64,000 nt of DNA from NCBI RefSeq assembly GCF_018977255.1, contig NW_024704742.1:98334001-98398000 (forward strand), given 5' to 3'. Origin of the DNA: Callorhinchus milii. Its lineage: Eukaryota. A model generated the notes under the pieces. The model saw nothing but the letters and a program-made list of their open reading frames with translations. It did not search any database and was not told the origin of the DNA. Of this stretch, positions 1-10,800 are shown in pieces (within the stretch, counting starts at the first letter, position 1; the number at the start of each line of letters is the position of its first letter). Position numbers and translations under genes: made by a program.

Positions 1-559
1 AGTCAATTGCTGTGACTGAACATGGTCATAACATAATTTGCAGAGCTGAAGAGATCTTGCATCCCTACGACACTCAGTGAGCTGGTGAAACAAAACAAGT
101 ATTAGCCCAAGTGTCAGATCAATTCACCCACCAGTGTTAATGAACATTCAAACCTAAATACTATGATCTGCAAAATCCAATCCTGCAATGTGAAGGGCAA
201 ATCAGAATGATGGATGTGTCACAAAAGTAAAACCATTCATATGTCTGAAAATATTTGCAGAATGCAGCAACTGTTATAGTGAAGAACATTGCAATAATTT
301 AAGGTTATTAGTAAGAAGTAACATACGCTGTTTTTCACAAAAATCAACAAATCTTTCATCAGGTTCTTATTTACCCAGCGTAGCCTCTTGATAACACTTT
401 TCATATTGGTTTGTAAATTATCAGGGTTTACGAATTTACAAATAAATGAAGAAAGATTAGCCTGAAGTATGTTTTCAGTGTGTTAAATGTCAATTAATTT
501 GTATAGGACGGAAAAAATAAGTTCCAACCTGGAAGGTTGCTTTGCTCTCTGACAGTCTC

Positions 560-700
560 CTCTAATTTTCTACTCCTTCTCCTGTCCTGAAGTCCTTTTA
601 TTCCCTTTTCCTTCCAATGGGGTGCCGTTCCACAGGCGCTGTTTGTTCTTTATTACCTCACGGTTATTATTCATGTGTGAGTCTTCAAGGTGAGAATTCA
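560..700 (-). mobile_element. 3' part of an ancient tRNA-headed SINE (LF-SINE-like); a further part resumes at 1705-1755, split by the L2
   Basis: Reverse complements 'ctcacacatgaataata...gagg' (670-685) and 'ggatgggaaaatcagctagg' (1705-1725) match segments of the copy at 17545-17840. Family name is from recall. Confidence 0.45.
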
Positions 701-709
701 CATGCAATT

Positions 710-1704
710 CAACAGCAACAACAACAACAAGATTACATTTGTATAGTGCCTTTCACGTTGGGAGGACATCCCAAGGTGCTGGACAGAGTACAGCATTTCA
801 CATCCAAGCTGGAGTCAGGGGGGTGAGGGGAGGGGAGGGGAAGGGGGGTGACCAATGGAATGGTCAAAGAGGAGGGTTTTGAGGCGGGACTTGAAGAAGG
901 CTAAGGAGGGGGCGAGGCGGAGTGATTGGGGGATGGAGTTCCAGAGGTTGGGGGCAGAGTGGCTGAAGGCTCTTCCGCCAATGATGGGGCGGGTGGGTCG
1001 AGGGACGTGGAACAGGATGGAGTCGGCTGAGCGGAGGGAGAGGGCAGGTTGGTAGGGGGCTAGGAGGTCACAGAGATAGGGTGGGGAGCGACCATTGAGG
1101 GCTTTGTAGGTGAGGACCAGGATTTTGGACTGGATCCTCTGAAGGATAGGGAGCCAATGGGTTCGGGCGAGAATGAGGGAGATGGGGTCTTGGAGTTTGG
1201 TGCAGGAGAGGACACGGGCTGCAGAGTTGTGGATTATCTGCAGCCTGTGGAGGGAGGAGTTGGGAAGGCCGACAAGCAGGGCATTTGCATAGTCGAGCCT
1301 GGAGGTGATGAAGGCATAAACAAGAGTTTCAGAGGCCTGAGGGGTGAGGTAGTGGCGGAGTCGGGTGATGTTACGGAGGTGAATGGGTCATGGCTTGAAT
1401 GTGGGGGAGAAAAGACAGTTGAGAGTCAAACAAGAACCTTAGGTTCCTGACTGGCTGGTGAGTTGAAGTGTGCAACCATGGAGGTTGATGTTGCCAGAGC
1501 CTGAGATGCTGAGGCGCTGGCACGAGCTATTCAGGAGGGCCTCAGTCTTGTTCACATTCAACTGTAGGAAGTTTGCCCTCATTCAGGTCTTGATGTCCAA
1601 CAGGCAGTCTGTCAGGACAGCAGTGGTCTTGGAGTTGAGGGTGGAGGCAGAAAGATAGAGTTTGGTGTCATCCGCATATGTATGGAAGTTGACCCCATGT
1701 CTGG
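710..1704 (-). mobile_element. L2-clade LINE, 5'-truncated (RT C-terminal region, 3' UTR, (TTG)n tail)
   Basis: Minus strand reads GVNFHTYADDTKLYLSAST (RT YADD motif) near 1640-1700. The L2 tail appears on + as (caa)n...cctttcacgttgggaggacatcccaagg at 710-780. Confidence 0.92.
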
Positions 1705-2129
1705 CCTAGCTGATTTTCCCATCCCTAACCTCAGGGTGTTGAGGCCAATTGTAGTAAAATAATAAATAAATCCTTGCATTTCATACAGCGCTTAATCATG
1801 TCAAAGTGTCTCAAAACATTTCAGTTTATTTTGTTAATTGGAGTGACTGTATATTTGTAGGTGAATGCGACAGCCAACTTTTGCAGAGCAATGCCCCACA
1901 AACAACCATTATGAAGTAGATTAATAAGAGTCACTAAGATGTGATTGAGACTAACAGCTATAATTTCAATAGAGTACTACTGACAGATTTATTATACAGA
2001 TATTAGTATTCTATATGATTGAATATTTTAGAAAAAAAAGCACTTGTTTTGTGGCATAGGTAACAATTCAAAACTTGTAATGAAAGCTAATTTTAACTCT
2101 CAGATTGCCGAAGGATCCATAGATTTATA

Positions 2130-2375
2130 TAGAATTACATATATTGCACAGCACGAAACACCCCATTCGGCCCAACGATCCGTGCCAGTGTTCATACTCC
2201 GCATTAATTTCCACCCAATCCTTATTCCTTCTTATACTGTTCTATTCCCTTCTCACTCATGTGTATGTCTAGATTGCTCTTAAATGCATCTATACTATCT
2301 GCTTCAACCATCATTTTGGGCAACTGTGTGAAGAAGTTCATCCTAAATTCTCTTCTAGACCCATAGTTACTATCT
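2130..2375 (-). mobile_element. CR1-clade LINE 3' end relic
   Basis: Reverse complement contains the CR1-type 3' UTR motif 'actggcacggatcgttgggccgaatggggtgtttcgtgctgtg', also seen in degenerate form at 9390, 23530 and 53825. Confidence 0.7.
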
Positions 2376-3167
2376 TGTGTTCCCCGGTTATGTTCTCCCT
2401 GTCCCCTGGTTGTAAACTCCCCATGGATTCATGGTATACTCATGTAAATATGGACCACACTACTGGGTTAGTTATAACAGGATCCAATTGTACAGACAAA
2501 TATCTCCTGATTTCTTCTTCAAACATTCTTCCACTGTTTATCTCCAGCACTGGCTTATCTCTTATTTCATACCAACTCTAAACATCATAATTTTGTGAGA
2601 CTTTAAGGCTGAAGGAAAAACCAAGATGTATCATTTTTCCAGAACTCTCCAAGCTTTTAGCCTTACTCTGACAGATGGGCTAGTGTGAGAAAGATTTCTA
2701 TTATTTTAGAATTCAGCTGGAAATGTCAGCTAAATCACTGTTATCCTTTTCATCTTTCCAAAGGATAGGAAGATAACAAGGTATTGAATCTAGCTCCTTC
2801 TTTGTATTGCACCACAAAATGAATGTGGAATTGAAAAGTAGAGGGTGCATAGAATTATTCTATTTATTTGCATTGTTCTATGTCATCAAATGTAGCGACT
2901 TTTAGAGTTGACAAAATTGAGGCAGGATATTCTTATTACAAGTAAAGTTGGAATACCAAAAGTAAGTGTACTTCTAATTCTAAGTAGAATTCGGCTCAGT
3001 GATAAAAGAAGTAATTAGAATGAAGATTGCAATTTTTACAACAGATTCAATGTGCCAATTAATACATTGAATCTGTTAAGAAACACCACCATTTCCTGTT
3101 GATCACTAAATACTGGCTGTAATTGTGAATCACCCTTCCCTATTTCAGCATAATGGTTAGGCCCCAG

Positions 3168-3345
3168 TTTCTACTATTGCCAAAGCTGCCAGTCACTAAC
3201 AATGTCATTGCCGAAGTTACCAATCACTGCCTATCTCTGCTATTGTCATTGCTAAAGCTGCCAGTCACTGCTATTGTCATTGCTAAAGCTGCCAGTCACT
3301 GCTATTGTCATTGCCATTGCTGTCAGTGGCTGCCATTATCAGTGA
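3168..3345. repeat. 31-bp minisatellite (ctgctattgtcattgctaaagctgccagtca), about 5 degenerate copies
   Basis: Two exact adjacent units at about 3237-3298, with diverged flanking units. Confidence 0.9.
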
Positions 3346-3427
3346 CATTTTAGTTCTGCACTGAAACATCACAATCAGCTTCAACAATGACGGAGCCAAA
3401 ATCTTCCAATTAAATTTGGTCCAATCA

Positions 3428-4525
3428 ACAACAACAAAACTACATTTGTAAAGTGCCTTTCCTGTTGGGAGGACACCCCAAGGCGCTGAACAGTCAGGGA
3501 TCAGGACCCGAGCATGGGGGCAGGGTTGGGAAGAGGGAGGGCAGCGAGGTAGGATGGCGGCTGAAGGCACTGTCAAAAAGGAGGGTCTTTAGCTGTGCCT
3601 TGAAAGAGGCAGAGAGGGAGCAAGGTGAAGGGATTGTGGGATGGAGTTCCAAAGAGTGGGGGCAGAAAGGCTGAAAGTCCGGCCGTCAAGGGTAGGGTGG
3701 ATCGGGCGGGAGACTTGGAGCAGGCCAGAGCCTGCTGAATGGAGGAAGCAGACAAGTTGATAGGAGGTCAGCAGGTAAGAGATATAGGAGGAGGCAAAGC
3801 CGTGGAGGGCCTTGAAAGTGAGGACGAGGATTTTGAATTCTATCCTCTGAGGGATGGGGAGCCAGTGGAACAGGGCAAAGGTGGGAGTGATGGAGTCACG
3901 GAGCCTGGTGTGGGAGAGGACACGAGCTTCAGAGCTCTAGATGATCTGCAGCTTGTGGAGGGAAGAGTTGGGGAGGCTGACAAGGAGGTAGTTTCCGTAG
4001 TCGAACCTTGATGTGATGAATGCGTGTATGACAGCCTAGGCGGTCTGAGTGTGAAGCAGTGGTGGTGTCGGGCAATGTTGCGGAGGTGAGGGAAGGCAGA
4101 GCGGATCATGGCATGGGTAAGGGGGAGAAAGGATAGTTGAGGGTCAAACAAGACGCCTCGGTTCCTAACTGGCTTGGTGCGGTGGAGTGTGCAACCGTGG
4201 ATGCTGATGCTGCCAGTGCCTGAGGTGCTGAGACGCTGACATGAGCCAATCAAGAGGGCCTCTGTCTTGCTGACATTCAGCTGTAGAAAGTTGGCTCTCA
4301 TCCAGGACTTGATGTCAGACAGGCGTCAGGACATCAATTGTTCCTGGAATCGAGGGTGGAGGCAGAGAGATAGAGTTGGGTGTCATCCACGTACATGTGG
4401 AAGTTGACCCCATGTCTGTGGATGATGTTACTATGGGGGAGCATGTAGAGGTTGAAAAGGAGAACCGAGAACATGGCCCTGAGGAACACCACACGAGACT
4501 GTGCGGGGGCTGGAAGAGAAACCAC
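3428..4525 (-). mobile_element. L2 LINE, 5'-truncated, decayed
   Basis: ORFs 3840-4301 (MRANFLQLNVSKTEALLIG...GVLFDPQLSF) and 4334-4525 ([16 protein letters not shown]) are L2 RT. (caa)n tail at 3428. Confidence 0.93.
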
Positions 4526-4601
4526 TGTGTAAAGTTAATGGATTATACTTATAGACGGTGGGTGAAAATATTCTTTGGCTGGGAGGGGCTGAGTAAAACT
4601 A

Positions 4602-5216
4602 CAACAACAACAACAAGATTCCATTTGGAGAGCGCCTTTCACATTGGGAGGACATCCCAAGGTGCTGTACAGTTGGGTCAGGACCCGAGCAAGGGGGAAA
4701 TGGTCCAGGTGAGGGGAGGGAAGGGAGGGAGCGAGGAGGGGTTAGAGAGTCGAGAGGGGAGCTGAAGGCACGGTCAAAGAGAAAGGTCTTGAGACCGGCC
4801 TTGAAGGAGGAAAGGGAGGAGGCGGCGAAGGCACTGGGGATAGAATTCCAGAGCCTAGGGGCTGAGAGGCTGAAGGCCCGGCCACCGATGGTAGGGCGGT
4901 TGGGGCGGGGGATGTGGAGCAGACCGGAGCCAGAGGAACGGAGGGTACAGGCAGGTAGGTAGGGGGATAGTAGGTCGGAGAGGTAGGAGGGAGCAAGGTC
5001 GTGAATGGCCTTGTAGGTAAGGATGAGGATCTTGAAATCGATCCTCTGGGGGATGGGGAGCCAGTGGAGGTGAGTGAGGGTGGGAGTGATGTGGTCCCGA
5101 AGCCTGGTGCGGGACAGTACACGAGCTGCTGAGTTCTGAATGACCTGCAGCTTGTGGAGGGAGGTGCCGGAGAGGTCGGCGAGGAGAGAGTTTCCATAAT
5201 CCAGCCTTGAGGTGAT
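4602..5216 (-). mobile_element. Young L2 LINE 3' fragment with 6-bp TSD (aaacta)
   Basis: Near-identical to the copies at 26439-27118 and 41958-42552. aaacta occurs at 4596-4601 and 5217-5222. Confidence 0.93.
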
Positions 5217-5313
5217 AAACTAAATAGCTACTGTGTTCAAGAATTATCCAGAATTGTTTGATTCATAGTTATAGCAATGGTTTTATCTGCCTACAGCACA
5301 TTTTATGCGAAAA

Positions 5314-5397
5314 CTGACATAAATAATTCGAGGCAATATTCTGATGCCTCCTGTCATCCATTTCTTCCGCAGAGAGTTTTTCATCATGCACAACAGA
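5314..5397 (-). pseudogene. Orphan fragment homologous to the IQGAP N-terminus (IQGAP2/IQGAP1 segment preceding the CH domain)
   Basis: Translates SVVHDEKLSAEEMDDRRHQNIASNYLCQ. The recalled IQGAP2 sequence is SIVDDERLSAEEMDERRRQNIAYEYLCH (about 20/28 identical). Similarity stops abruptly on both sides, and no other IQGAP exon was recognised. Confidence 0.8.
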
Positions 5398-5458
5398 GAT
5401 TTGTTGGCTGAGCTGGTATTTAGTGGACACCTTGTGAAGAAATCTGTGAAGGTACAAA

Positions 5459-6045
5459 AACAACAACAAGATTACATTTGTATTGTGCCTTTCAGATCGG
5501 GAGGACGTCTCAAGGCACTGGAGAGTCAGTGTTTTAGACCTGAGCTGGGGGTTGGGATCAGGGAGGTAGGAGGGTAACGGGGGAAGGAGGGTGATCAAAG
5601 GCATGGTTGAAGAGGAGGGTCTTGAGAGAGGTCTTGCAGGAGGCAAGGGAGGGGGCGAGGCAGAGGGACTGTGGGATAGAGTTGCAGAGGGTGTGGGCAG
5701 AGTGGCTGAAGGCTCGCCCGCCAAAGGTGGGACGGGAGAGGTGTAGGACGTGAAGCAGGCCGGAGCCCGCTGAATGGAGGGAGCATTCAGGTTGGAAGGG
5801 GATTAGTAGGTCACAGAGGTAGGGGGGAGCAAGACTGTGGAGGGCTTTGAAGATGAAAACCAGCATCTTGAACCATAGCCTCTGTGTGATGGGAAGAGGA
5901 GTGGAGTCGGGCGAGGATGGGGGTGATAGGGTCACGGAGCCTAATGCGGGAGAGGACACGGCTGCAGAGTTCTGGCTGCAGCCTGTGGAAGGGGAAGTTG
6001 GGGAGTCCGACAAACAGGGAGTTTGCATAGTCAAGCCAAGGAAAA
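5459..6045 (-). mobile_element. L2 LINE 3' fragment
   Basis: ORF 5558-6064 reads ...FKMLVFIFKALHSLAPPYLCDLL...GGRAFSHSAHTLCNSIP...KTSLKTLLF (L2 ORF2 C-terminus). (caa)n tail present. Confidence 0.92.
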
Positions 6046-6367
6046 AAGGTAATAGATGGAGCATGTGTCACTGTGTTATGCAATATCCATAGTGTGTTCT
6101 GAGCTGAGCCGTGTTCTCCTCGGACATCCTAGTTGTACTTTGATGAAGACTGCAGAGTGTTTGTTTGTCTCTGTCTATGTGCGAGTCCTGGCACTGAATT
6201 CAACTTCCACTCAATCAATTCATTGACTACTTATACTTGCTTTACTTCATGTTCCGTTACACACCTCAGAGACCAGTGCCCTTTTCCGGTTGCACATCCC
6301 ATTAGCCAAAACTGGAGAAAAGGTGAAAAGGTAATCTGGTAGAAAGATCTGGAGAGGCTGAGCCCTC

Positions 6368-6545
6368 CAACAACAATGACAACAAGATTTCATTTATAGA
6401 GCGCCTTTCATGTCGGGAGGACATCCCAAGGCGCTGGACAGTTGGGTCGGGACTCGAGCAGGGGGAAATGGTCAGGGTGAGGGGAGGGAAGGAAGGGAGT
6501 GAGGAGGGGGTAGAGAGTCAAGAGGGGAGCCGAAGGCACGGATGA
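6368..6545 (-). mobile_element. Short L2 3' end
   Basis: Same tail and 3' UTR as 4602-4770. Confidence 0.9.
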
Positions 6546-7959
6546 AGAGAACCGTGTCCAGTCATACCCGCTCACTGCCTATGGTTATACTCATACTAAG
6601 GTATAAGCATATGTATAGTTATATATAAGTATACTTATACTTCCAACTAGTCTCCAGTTATTGACTTGAAATTGCAATGTTTCTTAATAACAACAACCAC
6701 AACAACTTGATTTATATAACGCCCTTCACGTGGGGAAACAACTTGACACAAAGACGGGGAGGAGGGGGATGATGACTCTATGCATTGTCGAAGAGGAATC
6801 TCTTTAGATGTGATCTGAAGCCACTGATGTTGGAGTGGAGGGCACAAGGAATGTGCAGGAGACTGCAGCCAGACAAGACACTTTGCCAATGTCCATACAG
6901 CAGTGATGCAGACAGAGGACATTTTCTCCAGTGCACGTCTGTTTTCAAGGTGATAGATCAGTTGTTACCACTGTGCTCAGCAAACACACAGTCAATACTG
7001 CTATCCCCCATACCCCAGAACTCTGTCCTGGAGTCCCTCTAACTTACTTCCACCTTCCCCTCTCTCAAGCTACAATTCAATATGTACTTGTTTGGCAACG
7101 ACTGGCAGTTTCAGCAATGATGATAGCAGAGACTGGTAGTTACCAGCAGTTGTGGCAATGGCAATGGTTATCTTTGGTCATCTTTCCCCTCCTACGCCAC
7201 TCTGGGTGCGTTCCTTCAGCTCAGTGCCCAGCTAGCACTGTGAACTACTTTGAGATGTCCTCCTGACATAAAATGGTTAGCATTGTATTGTATTTACTGG
7301 ATATTATTCCTGAGAGCAGCACAGCACTACTGAACAAGTGAACCAGAAGATTTTGGAATAAACTGTAAACTTGCCTTTCTACAAACCTTTTATTGTTTGG
7401 TGGATTGTGTTTAGAAAGTGATATTTATTTAACAATCATAGGCAACTTAAACACACAATGTAATAAATATAAGAAGTTGTTTGGGACAATTTTAAATTAC
7501 TGGTTCTTCTTTTATTGAAACTTCCCTAAAGAAACACAACATAAGAACATGATGAAGAAAATCTAAACTGAGAAATTATCATTCAGCCAACATAGCTAAT
7601 TCGCTCTACAAGTCTTGCATGATGGTCCTATCATCCCCTCCTGCCCTACTTAATGCCGGACTTGCAGCTTCCAAACTGCCATGATAATTGGGTAGAGCTG
7701 CTATTTTACCTCTGTTTCATACTTCTCTTTCGTAACATTCAGATTCAGATTATTTGTAAAAACATCAATTAATCCAGAATTAATTATTTTCTCTGGGATA
7801 ATAATAGTAATACGTGTATTTGATACAGCGCCTTATCACATCTTCGAGATACCTGTTCTATATAAATACCATTCTGTTGAAAAAAATTTTTTTATAAGGA
7901 AGACCAGCTTTACCTTACAACACAATTTACGATGCAATTTACTTGATATAGTGCCTTTC

Positions 7960-8260
7960 ATGTCAAGAGGATCTCCAGTGAAATCCAAAAGAAATGCCTG
8001 AGTCTTTCTTTATAATGGGTGTCCAACAATTGCCCTCAGTCCTCTCCTCTGAATCCCTTCTGAATTTTCTATTTGAGATATTGATGTTTTCGAGATTTTG
8101 ATGATGAGAATCACAACCATTGTGCAGAAAGGGCTTCATCAGTGATCGATACAACATTAATATGATTTTTAATGACTTGTAATTTAATACTCTCGAAATC
8201 CTAGTGCTGGATTTTCTCCCTTGAAACCTGATCAATGAGCACACGCAGGTTCTTTTCCTT
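7960..8260 (-). mobile_element. CR1 ORF2 C-terminal relic
   Basis: ORF 7963-8244 ...ISRVLNYKSLKIILMLYRSLMKPFL resembles the CR1 LYxSLVRPxLEY region. Confidence 0.6.
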
Positions 8261-8439
8261 ATCTACCTCTGCTTAATGGAAATCATTTTATGGCACACAT
8301 ACTTTTACCATCAACATTAACAACATAACTGTACATTGATCTGCAATAACATCTATTTGCCATTTCGTAGCCCAAATATTTAATTGATCCAAATCTCTCT
8401 AAATATAATAAAACTTATATCAATTAATTAGCTTTTCCC

Positions 8440-8636
8440 TCAGCCCGGCTTCCTCACTCCCTCTCTATCTTCAAAAGTCACCTAAAGACTCACCTCTTTG
8501 ACCATGCCTATGGTCACCTTCCTCCTCGCCACCCACCCCCACCCATCTGCCTCTCTTTGGTGTCTGTCATCATCTATGTAAAGTGCTCCCATGTGTTACT
8601 CTATGTAAAGGGCTTTATACAAATGCAAGTTGTCGT
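8440..8636 (+). mobile_element. Old L2 3' end
   Basis: 'ttcaaaagtcacctaaagactcacctctttgacc' (FKSHLKTHLF) followed by an L2-type tail. Confidence 0.75.
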
Positions 8637-9249
8637 AATTCTACCAAATAAATATGGATAAGATCATTTAAATGAGATTGCATTAAGCTTCCATCAGGGC
8701 GACAATGAGTGCAATTAAAGGGTAATTAAAGGTCATGGAGCCACATCCTCTTCAGAATGGAGGAGCACCAAGATGATAAAAAGCAGCAGCATTAAGTACT
8801 CTTGAAAACAGTTGAACATTCGGACTGACATGCATATAGCACTTTAAATAAAGGTTACAATAACATTTGCAACTTGTACTCATAGATGGAGCATTGTACA
8901 AGGTTAGTGTGACATGTAAACATCATAACACTTCAATTGTTGTGCCCAAGGTTCTGCCTGTGCCCGAATATTAACTAAACATTGTTAATTGAATGACCCC
9001 GAGTCAGAAAATGGCATGACCTGAGTGTCCTGCAAAATATATTTGCACCAGGACATTCACAGCAAATTTTGTTTTTCTGTGACACAAATAAAATAGAATT
9101 CATCATGCCCACACTGCAGTTGTAAGTTGAAATAAACATTTCAGTAACTGGAGGACATAAATTTAAGATCACAATCATGTAAGATCATAAAAAACAAAGG
9201 GGGAGGTAAACAGAATATTTTTCAAGATGAAGGATCATTAGGAGTGAAA

Positions 9250-9455
9250 ATCATACCTTACTCAAGGCAATGATTGTGGTGAAATCCATAATAGCTTTTA
9301 AAAGTGATTTGGACAGAAATAATTGAAAAATAAAATTATAAAATAGAACAGAGAAAGGGATATAGGACTGGTTAGCTCTGTCAGAAAGCTTGGCACAGAC
9401 ATGATGGGCCAATTGGACCCTTCTGCTGCAAAATGCTATGATTCGTAGATTTCTA
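9250..9455 (+). mobile_element. CR1 3' end relic
   Basis: 'tccataatagcttttaaaagtgatttggacag' and 'ggcacagacatgatgggccaattggacccttctgctg'. Confidence 0.7.
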
Positions 9456-10074
9456 AGCAATGTAATCTTATGGTTTTAGGCCTGACCAAAGGTCCTGTAA
9501 TTTTTGGATGAAGAGAATAGTTTCTCACTTTAGCATCAGTGAAGTCACTTTAGAGAATAGAAACAAATGTTGGCTTCAAGTGATGGTATTTCCGAATCAC
9601 TTGGTGTTGTACATATCATGAATGGATCATCCACTGTGCTTGAAGTGTATGGAATCATTTTGTTATTCATGTTTTTGCTTATTTTCTCAGTAGGAAAAAA
9701 GGTTTCCAGCTGGACAGGTGGGAAGGCTGCCATTTTTAAAAAAATAGATGATGCTGCTTCACCTTAAAGTAAGCTGAGTTATGTCCTGGCTTGAATGAAG
9801 ATATTTTGATTAATGTAGATTTATGACCCAGATTTAAGATCCACCTTTTAATTCCTTTGTCCATCTTTGGTGTAACATTAGTCTCTGCGAATTGCAATAC
9901 TTTGGTAGTGCCAGAAGTCTGCTCCAAACATATGGCTTATTACAGAGCTAAGTAATCTGCCTGGGGAGAGAACTATGTACTGCTGTGAATAAGCCTTTGA
10001 AGCAGATGAGTGGTTGGCTGAGATTTTGAGCATTTTGAGATTTTGGAGGTGATAATTTGGCATTAAAACAGTTC

Positions 10075-10400
10075 AGATCACAAGATAAATTTGAGTGAAG
10101 AAGGGCCTTTAGCTCATTTCATTTCACCCATCCAGAATACCAATCTACCTTCCTCCACTGAAATCATGGTCAGCTTAGCAAGTCTCTGCTCATACCACAA
10201 TATAATCTTTTGTGACACTTCTGTGAACAATCTTGAATATGTCAATGCTCTTCTGAAGTTAACGAGAGAAGTTTGGATGAAAAAGTCACCTTCAATTGTT
10301 TTGATCTCATCCTTCCAGAATACCAATTGTCTTTCTATTACAGGATCAGGCTCTACGTTAAAATAATCTATTGACCTGGCTTCAACTACTCTTCTTGGTA
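10075..10400 (-). mobile_element. Two tandem CR1 3' tails
   Basis: LPRRVVEARSIDYFN matches the CR1 ORF2 terminus. 'ggtattctggaaggatgagatcaaaa' and 'ggtattctggatgggtgaaatgaaatg' both match the CR1 tail at 30020-30095. Confidence 0.65.
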
Positions 10401-10569
10401 ATCCTCTAAATAAATAAACACTTCCTGGTGTCTGTATTAAAAATTCCCTACACAACTCTGAACCCATACCCTCTTTTCCCACTTCCTTAACGTATCAGAA
10501 AACAATATTCTGGGTTTACTTTCTCTATCTTACTTAAATTAAGTAAAGTGAAGAGCTGGAACATTTGTT

Positions 10570-10800
10570 CACATAGTGGTTGTATTATGAAATTCTTCAC
10601 CAAAAAGCAAAGGTGAAGTTGAGACCAAAATGCATTTTAGAAGAGAATTAAATATGCTGTGAGATATAAAGAGAAGGAATATTAAAGTGTATGAGGGAGT
10701 GAGCAGGAGAATGAGATTAGATTGGCTCATGTGGAGAAAATGACAGCATAGACTTGATGGGATAAATGGCCTGTTTGTGAACTGATTGTATAATTCTATA
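10570..10800 (+). mobile_element. CR1 3' end relic
   Basis: 'gcattttagaagagaattaaat' and 'cagcatagacttgatgggataaatggcctgttt'. Confidence 0.7.

Noticed and set aside
3168..3345. CRISPR-like array
   Set aside because: The units are head-to-tail with no unique spacers, in a eukaryotic context with no cas genes.
9545..10482. Apparent two-exon minus-strand gene end (EPDPVIERQLVFWKDE...EE|GEAASSIFLKM...stop)
   Set aside because: The 10114-10482 ORF is two tandem CR1 3' tails (it matches 29980-30095 at the DNA level), so the in-frame join to 9762-9545 is probably coincidental.
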